Below, one piece after another: positions 53,452 to 61,298 of a DNA stretch of 64,000 nt. The translations under genes and the position numbers were made by a program. Location: assembly GCA_017992455.1 (NCBI GenBank), contig JAGOOP010000006.1, positions 1,707 to 65,706 of the forward strand. The letters are read 5' to 3'. The notes under the pieces are model-generated. The model made no database searches. It had not been told where the DNA came from and saw nothing but the letters and a program-made list of their open reading frames with translations. Source of the stretch: Candidatus Omnitrophota bacterium. Its GTDB lineage: Bacteria > Omnitrophota > Gorgyraeia > Gygaellales > Profunditerraquicolaceae. Within the stretch, counting starts at the first letter, position 1, and each line of letters starts with the position of its first letter.

Positions 53452-54507
53452 CTATGCTGCTTTGTTCACAAAAAGCGTCTGCGTCGGATACGCAAACTCG
53501 ATCTTTCGCTTTTCAAATTCTTCCTTGATGGCGAAATTGATCTCCTGCTGTATGTCCATATATTTGTTGTAATCCGGGCTCAGCACAAAATACACCACCT
53601 CGAATATCAGGCTGAAATCCCCGTAGCTGAAAAAATGCGCCCGGTCAAACGCCGCGCCCTTCGTATTCTTGACGGCCTGCTCGATAATACGCGGGATCTC
53701 TTTGAGCTGGGCCAGCGTTGTCTGATAGGTCACTCCGAGACGGAACACAACGCGCCGTTGTTCCATGACCTTGTAATTGCGCACGCGCGAATCGGTGAGG
53801 TCCGTATTGGAAAATATCAACTGCTCGCCGCTCAAACTGCGGATACGCGTGGTCTTGACCCCGATCTGCTCGACCGTGCCCATATATTCGCCCACGATGA
53901 TGAAATCCCCGAGTTTGAACGGCCGGTCGAATACAATGCAGAAATAACTGAAGAAGTCCTTCAAAAGCGCCTGCGCGGCTATCGCGACCGCAATGCCGCC
54001 GATGCCCAGGCCTGCCAGGAGCGTCGAGACCTTGAACCCGATATTGTCAAGGAAGATGACGACCGCCACGCCCCAGACGAGGAATTTGACGACCTTGAGC
54101 ATGCCTTCGAGGCTGCGCACGAGGGTTATATCTTCCTGCTTCTTCGACAAATACACCTGCAGGCTGTATCTGATGAACATCATGACGATGCGCGCGGCAA
54201 AGAACGTGACCACTGCCATCTGGACGATATTCAGCGCCTTGTCCACTTCCTGCGGCACGGTCAGGATCTTCAGGCTCACGTAAAGACAGCTCACATATAA
54301 CGCCGGCAGGACGATCTTCTCGAGGACCCGGACCAGCAGGTCGTCGAACGTGGTCGTCGTCTTCGCGGCCAGTCTTTTCAGATGCGCGACCACGGCCACG
54401 ATCACCAGCTTGACGAACAGGCCGCTTACCAGCAGCGCGCACAGCGCGACGATATAGTCAAGGACGCGATTGTGCCAGAAAATACGCTCCAGAATGGTCA
54501 GATCCAT
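53452..54507 (-). CDS. Mechanosensitive ion channel (MscS family)
   Basis: Start moved to ATG 54507 (MDLTILERIF...; SD GAGGAGG). PFKLGDFIIVGEYMGTVEQIGVKTTRIRSLSGEQLIFSN. Confidence 0.85.
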   Translation of the reverse strand: MDLTILERIFWHNRVLDYIVALCALLVSGLFVKLVIVAVVAHLKRLAAKTTTTFDDLLVRVLEKIVLPALYVSCLYVSLKILTVPQEVDKALNIVQMAVVTFFAARIVMMFIRYSLQVYLSKKQEDITLVRSLEGMLKVVKFLVWGVAVVIFLDNIGFKVSTLLAGLGIGGIAVAIAAQALLKDFFSYFCIVFDRPFKLGDFIIVGEYMGTVEQIGVKTTRIRSLSGEQLIFSNTDLTDSRVRNYKVMEQRRVVFRLGVTYQTTLAQLKEIPRIIEQAVKNTKGAAFDRAHFFSYGDFSLIFEVVYFVLSPDYNKYMDIQQEINFAIKEEFEKRKIEFAYPTQTLFVNKAA

Positions 54508-54523
54508 GATTGCCTCCTCGATC

Positions 54524-55156
54524 TCAATGGCCGCAGCAGCACGAATGCTTATGCTCGCCCGGCACGAACAACAGCGGGAACACGATATCACTGAAACAGC
54601 ACGGTATCCATACCGCGATGAACAGGAACACGAAAATGCCGATATACGGGATCGCAGAACCGTGATCATGCGCCATGAGCATGTGGAACAGCGACGCCCA
54701 GGTGCTTATCAGGACATGCAACGCGTGCGGGGATTTGGTCGCCGGCTTATAATACCCGATGACGATAACCGCGATCACAAGCGGGTTGATGAGCCACCAT
54801 TTTTCCACAAATCCGATATGCGCGTGGCGGTGCGGCATCTTGAGCAGCGCCTCTCCCCAGAACGGGATCAGGGAATCGCTCAATGTCCCGACTGCCACAG
54901 ACCCCACATACCCGATCGCCAGGACCTTCAGGAAAAGTTTTATGCCCTGCGGCTCTTTGGTCAGATACTTGCGGAACATCGCCGTTGTCACTACCGCGCT
55001 CAAACAGATATGGAGCGGATGGAAAACGTAAAAAAGGTTTTCGGCAGTGTCATGAGGCAGATTGCGGAATATGATCATCAGGACGATCCCCGTCAACGCA
55101 CCGAACAACGTGAACGGAGCATGCGCCCGTAATTCATGGACTATTTTTGTGAACAT
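54524..55156 (-). CDS. His/Cys-rich polytopic membrane protein, putative metal transporter or sequestration protein
   Basis: Start moved to ATG 55156 (MFTKIVHELRAHAPFTLFGAL...). About 6 TMs. HPLH, PHRHAH and HMLMAHDH clusters, with C-terminus EHKHSCCCGH. No family recognised. Confidence 0.6.
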   Translation of the reverse strand: MFTKIVHELRAHAPFTLFGALTGIVLMIIFRNLPHDTAENLFYVFHPLHICLSAVVTTAMFRKYLTKEPQGIKLFLKVLAIGYVGSVAVGTLSDSLIPFWGEALLKMPHRHAHIGFVEKWWLINPLVIAVIVIGYYKPATKSPHALHVLISTWASLFHMLMAHDHGSAIPYIGIFVFLFIAVWIPCCFSDIVFPLLFVPGEHKHSCCCGH

Positions 55157-55602
55157 ATGAACGCCCCTCTCCCCGGGCCCCGCGCGGAACGCGCTGAGGA
55201 CTTCGCGCAGCTGCCGCACAGACCGTTGACCTGCATGAAATGGCTCACGACCGTATAACCCTTGATCTTCCGAACGCTGTCTATGACGCACGCTTCTATA
55301 TTATCGACCCTTCCGCACCTGATGCAGGTAATATGATGGTGATGATGTTCCTCGGAACACAGGCCGTAATGCTTTTTGCGGTCGAACTGCTCGATCCGCG
55401 CGAGGATGCCGCACTCGGCCAGGCTCTCGAGATTACGGTATACGCCTGGCAGGCCGCAGCGCGCGAACCGTTTCTGCAGCTTGTTCCAGATCTCCTCTGC
55501 GGTAAAATGCGTATTGCGGTCCAGGAAGAACCCGATGATCGCCTGCCTGCGCGGGGTCAGTTTGAACCCGCCTTTTTTCAATCTGGCCAGATACCGCTCC
55601 AC
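55141..55602 (-). CDS. Fur family transcriptional regulator (Fur/Zur/PerR-like)
   Basis: 153 aa with a GTG start. FKLTPRRQAIIGFFL...HFTAEEIW (wHTH), EEHHHHHITCIRCG...GLCGSC (structural Zn site). Confidence 0.85.
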   Translation of the reverse strand: MERYLARLKKGGFKLTPRRQAIIGFFLDRNTHFTAEEIWNKLQKRFARCGLPGVYRNLESLAECGILARIEQFDRKKHYGLCSEEHHHHHITCIRCGRVDNIEACVIDSVRKIKGYTVVSHFMQVNGLCGSCAKSSARSARGPGRGAFICSQK

Positions 55603-55618
55603 CGCCCCTCCTGTAAAC

Positions 55619-55663
55619 AGAAATAGCTTCTATTTATATTATCCGAACTTTCTACTTTGTCAA
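55619..55663 (-). promoter_or_regulatory. Sigma70-type promoter plus AT-rich palindrome (candidate Fur-family operator)
   Basis: Minus strand: TTGACA (55658-55663), 16 nt, TAATAT (55636-55641). This is immediately followed by aaatag-aag-ctattt (55619-55635), which has 6-bp perfect arms, or 8 bp with one mismatch. Confidence 0.45.
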
Positions 55664-55665
55664 CA

Positions 55666-55715
55666 AAAACATAGGGACGGTTCTCCCTCAAAAGGGAGAA
55701 CCGTCCCTATGTTTT
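55666..55715 (-). terminator. REP-A inverted pair forming a 22-bp perfect hairpin terminator
   Basis: 55666-55687 (aaaacatagggacggttctccc) is the reverse complement of 55694-55715. It lies 2 nt after the stop at 55718. Confidence 0.85.
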
Positions 55716-55717
55716 CC

Positions 55718-56428
55718 CTATGATTTCTCCATAGCTTGTGCTTTCAATGCGGCGGGCAGCTTTTCGATGGCGCAGCGCAGTGCGGTCCGGGGCATGCGGG
55801 CTTTGCGTTGGCATACGTATTCAAAGACCTCTTGGGGATGCGCTTCGCCGGCTGCCTTAAGCATCCAGCCATAGCCCTTTTGCACGAGATCTTCCTGGTC
55901 CAGAAGCAGGATATCGGCTATCTCAAAGATGTCTTTCAGGAATTTTCCGCGGCGGGCGGGAATGATAAGCGACACTGCGGCAGCCCTGCGCATCCAGCGG
56001 TTTTTCGACCGCGCCCATTTCTTAAGCGCTGCGACAGAGGCAGGATACATCTCAATAAAAGCGCCGACGGTGTGATTGCAAAGCGTATCGCAGCTTGCCC
56101 AGTTGCTCACATAGGCATTAACCCACTTCCGGAACACCGTAATATCAGCCGGCTCAAAATCTTTTCGCAGGTTATACGCCCACGCGCAGGCAATATACCC
56201 TTCTTCCATATACCCGGATTGCCACAGTTCTTCGCACAGGCCGAATATCTGCGCTTTGCTCCGGGCCCTGATCGCCGTGAACTTCCCTTTTGCGATCGCG
56301 GCCACCGCGGCAGTCATCATGCCATAGCATTTGATCGGCTCTTTAAAATACCGCCGGGCGCCCTCGCGGATCTTCGCATCGGCTTTTTTCTTCAATTCAG
56401 CGCGGATGTCGAGAATAATTTGATCCAT
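55718..56428 (-). CDS. DNA alkylation repair enzyme (AlkD-like HEAT-repeat protein)
   Basis: 236 aa. ...REGARRYFKEPIKCYG..., NRWMRRAAAVSLI, VQKGYGWMLK. Confidence 0.8.
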   Translation of the reverse strand: MDQIILDIRAELKKKADAKIREGARRYFKEPIKCYGMMTAAVAAIAKGKFTAIRARSKAQIFGLCEELWQSGYMEEGYIACAWAYNLRKDFEPADITVFRKWVNAYVSNWASCDTLCNHTVGAFIEMYPASVAALKKWARSKNRWMRRAAAVSLIIPARRGKFLKDIFEIADILLLDQEDLVQKGYGWMLKAAGEAHPQEVFEYVCQRKARMPRTALRCAIEKLPAALKAQAMEKS

Positions 56429-56431
56429 GCA

Positions 56432-56851
56432 TCATTCTCCGATGAACTGGAGAATAACCTTCCTCTGCCGCGGACGGTGGTCGAATTCCGCCAGCACCAC
56501 CTGCTGCCAGGTGCCTAAAAGAAGCTTTCCGTCCGCAAACGGCACGACGAGCGACGGCCCCTGGAGCCCTGCGCGCACATGGCTGAACCCGTTGGCATCG
56601 CCCCAGGTCCGGTCATGCGCGTATGGTTTTCCTTCAGGCGCAAGCTTCTCATACAAAGCAGTCATATCCTTGATGAGCCCCGGCTCGTATTCAAAAGACG
56701 TGATCGCCGCGGTCGAGCCCACGACAAAAACAGTGACATTTCCTTCCCGCAGGCCGGAATCGTCCAGCTTTTCCTTGAGTGAAGCAGTAATGTCGATAAG
56801 ATCCCCTGCGCCTTCGGTCTTGAGATTTATTTCTTCAGTGATGACGCGCAT
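56432..56851 (-). CDS. YjbQ/UPF0047 family (secondary thiamine-phosphate synthase) protein
   Basis: 139 aa. GNVTVFVVGSTAAIT..EYEPG, HVRAGLQGPSLVVPF..GKLLLGTWQQV. Confidence 0.85.
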   Translation of the reverse strand: MRVITEEINLKTEGAGDLIDITASLKEKLDDSGLREGNVTVFVVGSTAAITSFEYEPGLIKDMTALYEKLAPEGKPYAHDRTWGDANGFSHVRAGLQGPSLVVPFADGKLLLGTWQQVVLAEFDHRPRQRKVILQFIGE

Positions 56852-56861
56852 AGCGGATATG

Positions 56862-57506
56862 TTATTGCGGATAGCCCACGGACTGCGTCAGCATCACCTT
56901 CTGGTCAGCCCTGAGCTTCATCTTCTTCGAAAGCAATTCTGCGTCAAACAGCCCTCGCGCCACGGTCGACAGCCCTTCAGACGCGCAGAACAAATACACA
57001 TTCTCTGCGATAAACCCCGTATCCATTGCCGCCCAGGAATCCTTCTGCGCGCCGAACCTGCCCTTTTTGGAGAAATCCGCGACATAGATCAGGTTCACCG
57101 GCGCGTTCTTGACAAATCCCTGCACGCCGGTCGCTTCGCGGATATCCTCGGCAGAGATCAATTCCAATATGTTCGCCTGCGCATTGTACCGGAACAGGCC
57201 GTCGGCTTTTGCAACATACATATCGATCTCCTGCACGTTCGCCGCAGACGGCGCAGTGCGGCGGCCGTCAGGCCGGGTGATCCCGAACCCTGCCCAGAGC
57301 ATATCGGAAAGCGTCTGCAGGGAAATTTCCTTACCGCTGTAATCGCGCCCGCTTTTTCGCTCCTTCAGCGCCTGCATGAGCGGCATGCCGCCGGAAGTCC
57401 TGGGCGCAGGCAGCACGACCGTCTTTGCCTGCTCCGCGGCAAAAGCAACGGTAACACACGCGATCAAACACCACCAGACACACGCGCAGATCCTTGATCT
57501 TTTCAT
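56862..57506 (-). CDS. SagB-type/nitroreductase family protein, exported or membrane-anchored
   Basis: 214 aa. N-terminal hydrophobic segment, then LMQALKERKSGRDYSGKEISLQTLSDMLWAGFGITRPDGRRTAPSA. Confidence 0.8.
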   Translation of the reverse strand: MKRSRICACVWWCLIACVTVAFAAEQAKTVVLPAPRTSGGMPLMQALKERKSGRDYSGKEISLQTLSDMLWAGFGITRPDGRRTAPSAANVQEIDMYVAKADGLFRYNAQANILELISAEDIREATGVQGFVKNAPVNLIYVADFSKKGRFGAQKDSWAAMDTGFIAENVYLFCASEGLSTVARGLFDAELLSKKMKLRADQKVMLTQSVGYPQ

Positions 57507-57532
57507 ATCCGCCCTCCTCGCGTTATATCCGG

Positions 57533-57562
57533 ATTATACATCTGCCTGCACGGCGCGGTCAA
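57533..57562 (-). promoter_or_regulatory. Candidate sigma70-type promoter
   Basis: Minus strand: TTGACC (57557-57562), 18 nt, TATAAT (57533-57538). The leader carries SD GAGGAGGG before ATG 57506. Confidence 0.4.
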
Positions 57563-57735
57563 CCGATTCTTCTGCTCGCTGTCGCGCGCGCGGGAACCTG
57601 ATTGCTGCCCGCGCCGACAAGCCCCTCGCCGCTGTGAACATGGCACAATGCTTCGTGATTATAGATGCTCAGGATATGCTGACAGCCCGGGTGCTTGCAT
57701 TTCCTGCCCTTGATCGACGTCCGTATCTTTTTCAT
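57559..57735 (-). CDS. 58-aa Cys/His-rich small protein (zinc-ribbon-like), not in the ORF track
   Basis: Own translation: MKKIRTSIKGRKCKHPGCQHILSIYNHEALCHVHSGEGLVGAGSNQVPARATASRRIG. The ATG forms an ATGA overlap with the stop of 57732-58829, and aaaggtga lies 5 nt upstream. Confidence 0.45.
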   Translation of the reverse strand: MKKIRTSIKGRKCKHPGCQHILSIYNHEALCHVHSGEGLVGAGSNQVPARATASRRIG

Positions 57736-58829
57736 TGTTCACCTTTCTCTTCATTCTGCAAAGCATGGGAGGTATCCGCCGTCAACTCGGACATAAGCTC
57801 TTTGACCGATACGATCTTCTTGATCCGGTAGGCATTGCTCCCGCACATGGCAAACCCCTTATCGAGCGCGCCGCGGTATGCATTGATCAGGGCTTTGGCA
57901 ATGCAGTAGTTGGCTTTTTTCGCGTCACAGGTCGACAGGCACTGGTATTCGCAGTCAAAATCGATGCGTTCCCCGGTGCATATCCTTTTGACAAAATCGT
58001 TGTTGAGGACCCGGCCCGGCATCCCTACCGGGCTGTTGATGATGACAATGTCCTTTTCTTCCGCAGCCAGATACGCATTCTTGTATTCGATCGACGCGTC
58101 GCATTCCGTGGTGCAGACGAACCTCGTTGCCATCTGGACCCCGGCCGCGCCCGAGCGCACTGCGCATGCGATATCCTCCCCGTCAAAAACCCCTCCCGCA
58201 GCAATGACCGGTATGCGCCTGCCTTCTTTCTCAAAATCTTTCATGACCGAGATCACGTCCTGCAGTATACCCGCAAGCGAAAAATTCTTCGAATCTTTCA
58301 ATTCCTCCCTGCTGTATCCCAGATGGCCTCCTGCAAGCGGGCCTTCGACGATCACTGCATCGGGAAGCCGGCCGTACCGCCGCTGCCAGGTGCCGCAAAT
58401 GATCTTCGCGGCCCTGCCGGAAGACACGATCGGCACAAGCTTGGTAACGGCGTTCTTGATAAGCGAGGGCAGTTTCAGGGGCAGGCCCGCGCCCGAAATG
58501 ATCACATCGACCGCTTCCTGCACGGCAACACTCACCAGATCGGCATAATCCGTCAGGGCGCACATGATATTGACGCCGAACGGGTTCTTCGTCCGCGCGC
58601 GCGTCTCCCTGATAATATCCCTGAGCGCATTGCACGAGCGGGTCTTGAAATCTTCCCCTTCGGTCCCTTCCTCGCCGAGCCCGACCGCGGCCACGACCCC
58701 CAAACCGCCTTCGTTGGACACCGCGGACGCAAGCGACGACGCCGATATCCGCACGCCCATGCCGCCCTGTATGATCGGGACACGGATCACCAGCCCGCCG
58801 ATATTCAGATCCTTGAATTCAATAGCCAT
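57732..58829 (-). CDS. Nitronate monooxygenase / FabK-like FMN oxidoreductase (NPD family)
   Basis: ATG 58829 preferred (MAIEFKDL...; SD GAGGAG) over the TTG at 58832. PIIQGGMG, GLGVVAA, GPLAGGH, AAGGVFDG. Confidence 0.85.
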   Translation of the reverse strand: MAIEFKDLNIGGLVIRVPIIQGGMGVRISASSLASAVSNEGGLGVVAAVGLGEEGTEGEDFKTRSCNALRDIIRETRARTKNPFGVNIMCALTDYADLVSVAVQEAVDVIISGAGLPLKLPSLIKNAVTKLVPIVSSGRAAKIICGTWQRRYGRLPDAVIVEGPLAGGHLGYSREELKDSKNFSLAGILQDVISVMKDFEKEGRRIPVIAAGGVFDGEDIACAVRSGAAGVQMATRFVCTTECDASIEYKNAYLAAEEKDIVIINSPVGMPGRVLNNDFVKRICTGERIDFDCEYQCLSTCDAKKANYCIAKALINAYRGALDKGFAMCGSNAYRIKKIVSVKELMSELTADTSHALQNEEKGEQ

Positions 58830-58850
58830 CAACTCTCCTCAAAAAACAAA

Positions 58851-58910
58851 GGGACGTTTCTATGATCTGGGGGGCTCTTTTAAAGAGACCAAAAACCACA
58901 GAAACGTCCC
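58851..58910 (-). terminator. REP-like nested hairpin (GGGACGTTTCT / AGAAACGTCCC), probable terminator
   Basis: 58851-58861 is the reverse complement of 58900-58910. There is an inner hairpin ggctcttt/aaagagacc. On the minus strand it is followed by tttgtttttt. It lies downstream of the small CxxC gene. Confidence 0.55.
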
Positions 58911-58939
58911 CTGGTTTTTAATTTTTTTAAAAGGGGGGA

Positions 58940-59110
58940 TTAGCGCCCTTCGTTCTTACGCTTTGAAAAACAATCCTTGCAATAGATCGGACGGTCTTCT
59001 CTCGGCTTGAAAGGCACTTCGCATTCTTTTTTGCAATCCGAACACACCGCTTTGTGCATTTCCCGCGGCGCACCGCCGTACCCGCCGCCACCGCCCTGGT
59101 TGTAACCCAT
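58940..59110 (-). CDS. 56-aa CxxC-x17-CxxC zinc-ribbon protein with Gly-rich N-terminus, not in the ORF track
   Basis: Own translation: MGYNQGGGGGYGGAPREMHKAVCSDCKKECEVPFKPREDRPIYCKDCFSKRKNEGR. SD AAGGAG 7 nt upstream. Cys23/26 and Cys44/47 are separated by exactly 17 residues. Confidence 0.65.
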   Translation of the reverse strand: MGYNQGGGGGYGGAPREMHKAVCSDCKKECEVPFKPREDRPIYCKDCFSKRKNEGR

Positions 59111-59129
59111 ACATTCTCCTTTTCTGATG

Positions 59130-59297
59130 TTACTCGACTACCGCAGGAGCGTCACTCGCCGCCTGCGCTGCATCGCCTTGAGCTTCTTGAGCCTGCAGAT
59201 TTTTTCGAGCCAGCTTATTCTGCATCTTTTCTTCCCGCTTCTTCTTCTTTGCCAGCTCTTTCTGACGCTTTACAAATGAATAATTATCTCTGCCCAA
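59130..59297 (-). CDS. 55-aa Lys-rich small protein (TTG start), not in the ORF track
   Basis: Own translation: (M)GRDNYSFVKRQKELAKKKKREEKMQNKLARKNLQAQEAQGDAAQAASDAPAVVE. SD AGGGAGG 6 nt upstream of TTG 59297, with its own promoter upstream. Confidence 0.4.
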   Translation of the reverse strand: MGRDNYSFVKRQKELAKKKKREEKMQNKLARKNLQAQEAQGDAAQAASDAPAVVE

Positions 59298-59336
59298 TAC
59301 TTGCCTCCCTTGATCACATCCATAACCTTCATCTCT

Positions 59337-59365
59337 ATTCTAGCGGCTTTCGGGCCGTCCGTCAA
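59337..59365 (-). promoter_or_regulatory. Sigma70-type promoter of the small-protein bicistron
   Basis: Minus strand: TTGACG (59360-59365), 17 nt, TAGAAT (59337-59342). Confidence 0.55.
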
Positions 59366-59389
59366 GGGTTATTACGCTTTCCTCCTGCC

Positions 59390-59887
59390 TTATTCGATCA
59401 ACACGATCCCGTAGTAATTCCCCTTACAATCCGTATCTTTGAGCACTTTGATGGGATAACCGTTGGCGCGGACCGTTGCGTACACATCGATGCCGCATGC
59501 CTCCATCGCAGGCCTGGTCTTGTCAGTGTGCCTGCAGGACTTTCCGCACGAGCTGCACAACTGGCACGGCCCTGCTCCCATGCCGAAGGCCTTATAATAC
59601 CCGTCCAGGAATATCTCCCGCTCCAGTTCAGGGATCAGCGCGTGGATATCCGTATACGCATCCCCGTGCACGAGGATCGCTTTTTTGTAGAAACTCAGGA
59701 CGCGGCGGGTCTCTTCGGGTTTCGGCGAATGCGGCGGGCACGTCAAGCTTTGGCCATACCCGTCACAGCCGAACTGGCATCTTAAGCGCACCCATTCAGC
59801 AACCACAACGGATCCGGCAGAGATGATCTTCGCCTCTTTTGCACCGAGCTTCTTTGCGGATCGTATATACTTCGTATAGGCAGGCAT
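59390..59887 (-). CDS. DUF2284-like predicted metal-binding protein
   Basis: 165 aa. RLRCQFGCDGYGQSLTCPPHSP ... CQLCSSCGKSC. Confidence 0.75.
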   Translation of the reverse strand: MPAYTKYIRSAKKLGAKEAKIISAGSVVVAEWVRLRCQFGCDGYGQSLTCPPHSPKPEETRRVLSFYKKAILVHGDAYTDIHALIPELEREIFLDGYYKAFGMGAGPCQLCSSCGKSCRHTDKTRPAMEACGIDVYATVRANGYPIKVLKDTDCKGNYYGIVLIE

Positions 59888-59913
59888 AGTATCCTGACAT
59901 TCGATATGCCATT

Positions 59914-59942
59914 ATTATAGCATTGGAGAAGGCTTAAGACAA
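59914..59942 (-). promoter_or_regulatory. Candidate sigma70-type promoter
   Basis: Minus strand: TTGTCT (59937-59942), 17 nt, TATAAT (59914-59919). It overlaps the stop codon of the B12-radical SAM gene. Confidence 0.45.
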
Positions 59943-61205
59943 CCGTCGCTCTGCCTTCTTATACTGCCTGGCAACGAAGGCGATATCCTTTGTCGTCATC
60001 CGGTCGGTCTCAAAATCAGCTCCGGTCGACAAATACAGCGGCTTGCGGGTCTCGAACACGCGAATGCCGTATTTGCGCGGATTGTTAAAAACATCCGTGC
60101 CATAAAAAAGGAACAACTGCTGGCCTGCTGAATTGCGCGAGATCTTAATGCCCAGGCCCTGTAAGAAGCGCAAGGTCTGTAACGCAGACTCCCGCGTTTG
60201 CCCGGGCAGGCCGTACAGGGTGAAAACCTCAGGCTCGATACCCACTGCCTGCGTCATCCTGATCGTTTTCGCAAACTGCGCCAGATCGACGCGTTTATGA
60301 AGCGCCCTGTTCACCTCAGCATCGATCGACTCAAGGCCGTAGGCGATAAACCTGACCCCTGCCTTTGCCATCAGCCGCAGAAGCGGCGCATCCACCAGAT
60401 CCGATCTTGTCTCGCACCAGATCTCGATCTTCCAGCGCTTTCTGATAATGCCGCGCATGATCGCTCTCACCCGCTTCTTATCAAAAGTAAACGACGGGTC
60501 AGCGAAGAAAAACCTGCGTATCCCGTGGCTGACGCACGCGTTCATATCATCGAGCACCCTGCGGATCGAATGGACCCGGATCTTCCGGCCAAAAGCGCTT
60601 GGCGTATAACAAAATCCGCACGCGAACGTGCATCCGCGCGACGTCAGCATTGCCGCGCCTGTGTGATCTCTCCACCGGAACACGCCTGTCTGATACGGAG
60701 AAGGGAATTCGTCCAGATCACGCACAAACGGCCGGGGCTCTGTTTCATACACGCCGTCCTCTGCCCTGAATGCAATGCCTTTCACCTCGGTGATATCCCC
60801 CTGCTGGTGCAGGCAGTTCACCAGGTCAGGCAGAACCGTCTCCCCTTCGCCTCGAATGATCACATCAACCGCCGACATCTGGAACAATGCCTCGATAGGC
60901 ATAAACGTCGCCTGCGGCCCGCCGAGCACAACAACAATGGACGGATCGCACTTCTTGACAAGCTTGGCCAGTTGGACCGCCAGCCTGATATTCACCTGAT
61001 ACACTGCCAGCCCGACCACAGCCGGCTTGAATTTAAGGATGAACGCGGCGATCTGGCGGTCAGTCACCGACGTCACCGTATCTATCTCGCAGATGACCGA
61101 ATCGATATTACGGCCGGCAAGGCTCGCGGCGATATACCCGAGGGATATGGGGAACAGATCCCCTCCCAGCGGAGGCAGATTGAACAGCAACACCTTAGGT
61201 TTCAT
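59934..61205 (-). CDS. B12-binding domain-containing radical SAM protein
   Basis: 423 aa. N-terminal cobalamin-binding-like Rossmann region (KVLLFNLPP...VVGLAVY). TSRGCTFACGFC (CX3CX2C). Confidence 0.9.
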   Translation of the reverse strand: MKPKVLLFNLPPLGGDLFPISLGYIAASLAGRNIDSVICEIDTVTSVTDRQIAAFILKFKPAVVGLAVYQVNIRLAVQLAKLVKKCDPSIVVVLGGPQATFMPIEALFQMSAVDVIIRGEGETVLPDLVNCLHQQGDITEVKGIAFRAEDGVYETEPRPFVRDLDEFPSPYQTGVFRWRDHTGAAMLTSRGCTFACGFCYTPSAFGRKIRVHSIRRVLDDMNACVSHGIRRFFFADPSFTFDKKRVRAIMRGIIRKRWKIEIWCETRSDLVDAPLLRLMAKAGVRFIAYGLESIDAEVNRALHKRVDLAQFAKTIRMTQAVGIEPEVFTLYGLPGQTRESALQTLRFLQGLGIKISRNSAGQQLFLFYGTDVFNNPRKYGIRVFETRKPLYLSTGADFETDRMTTKDIAFVARQYKKAERRLS

Positions 61206-61279
61206 ATATAGGGACAGGTCCGCCGTTTTAGTCTCGTCGACAAAAAGGGGCAGAACTGTCCCCAGACCAATTTGAACAT
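61202..61279 (-). CDS. Candidate 25-codon upstream ORF overlapping the radical SAM start (speculative)
   Basis: Own translation: MFKLVWGQFCPFLSTRLKRRTCPYI. SD GAAAGGAG 7 nt upstream, and its TGA overlaps the radical SAM ATG (ATGA). Most of the coding sequence is repeat copy A, so it may be fortuitous. Confidence 0.25.
   Translation of the reverse strand: MFKLVWGQFCPFLSTRLKRRTCPYI
61211..61263 (+). repeat. 53-55-bp repeat family, copy A (GGGACAGGTCCGCC...CTCGTCGACAAAAA...CTGTCCCC)
   Basis: gggacaggtccgccgttttagtctcgtcgacaaaaaggggcagaactgtcccc. The ends ggacag/ctgtcc are self-complementary. Confidence 0.8.
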
Positions 61280-61298
61280 GCGCTTGCTCCTTTCGACG

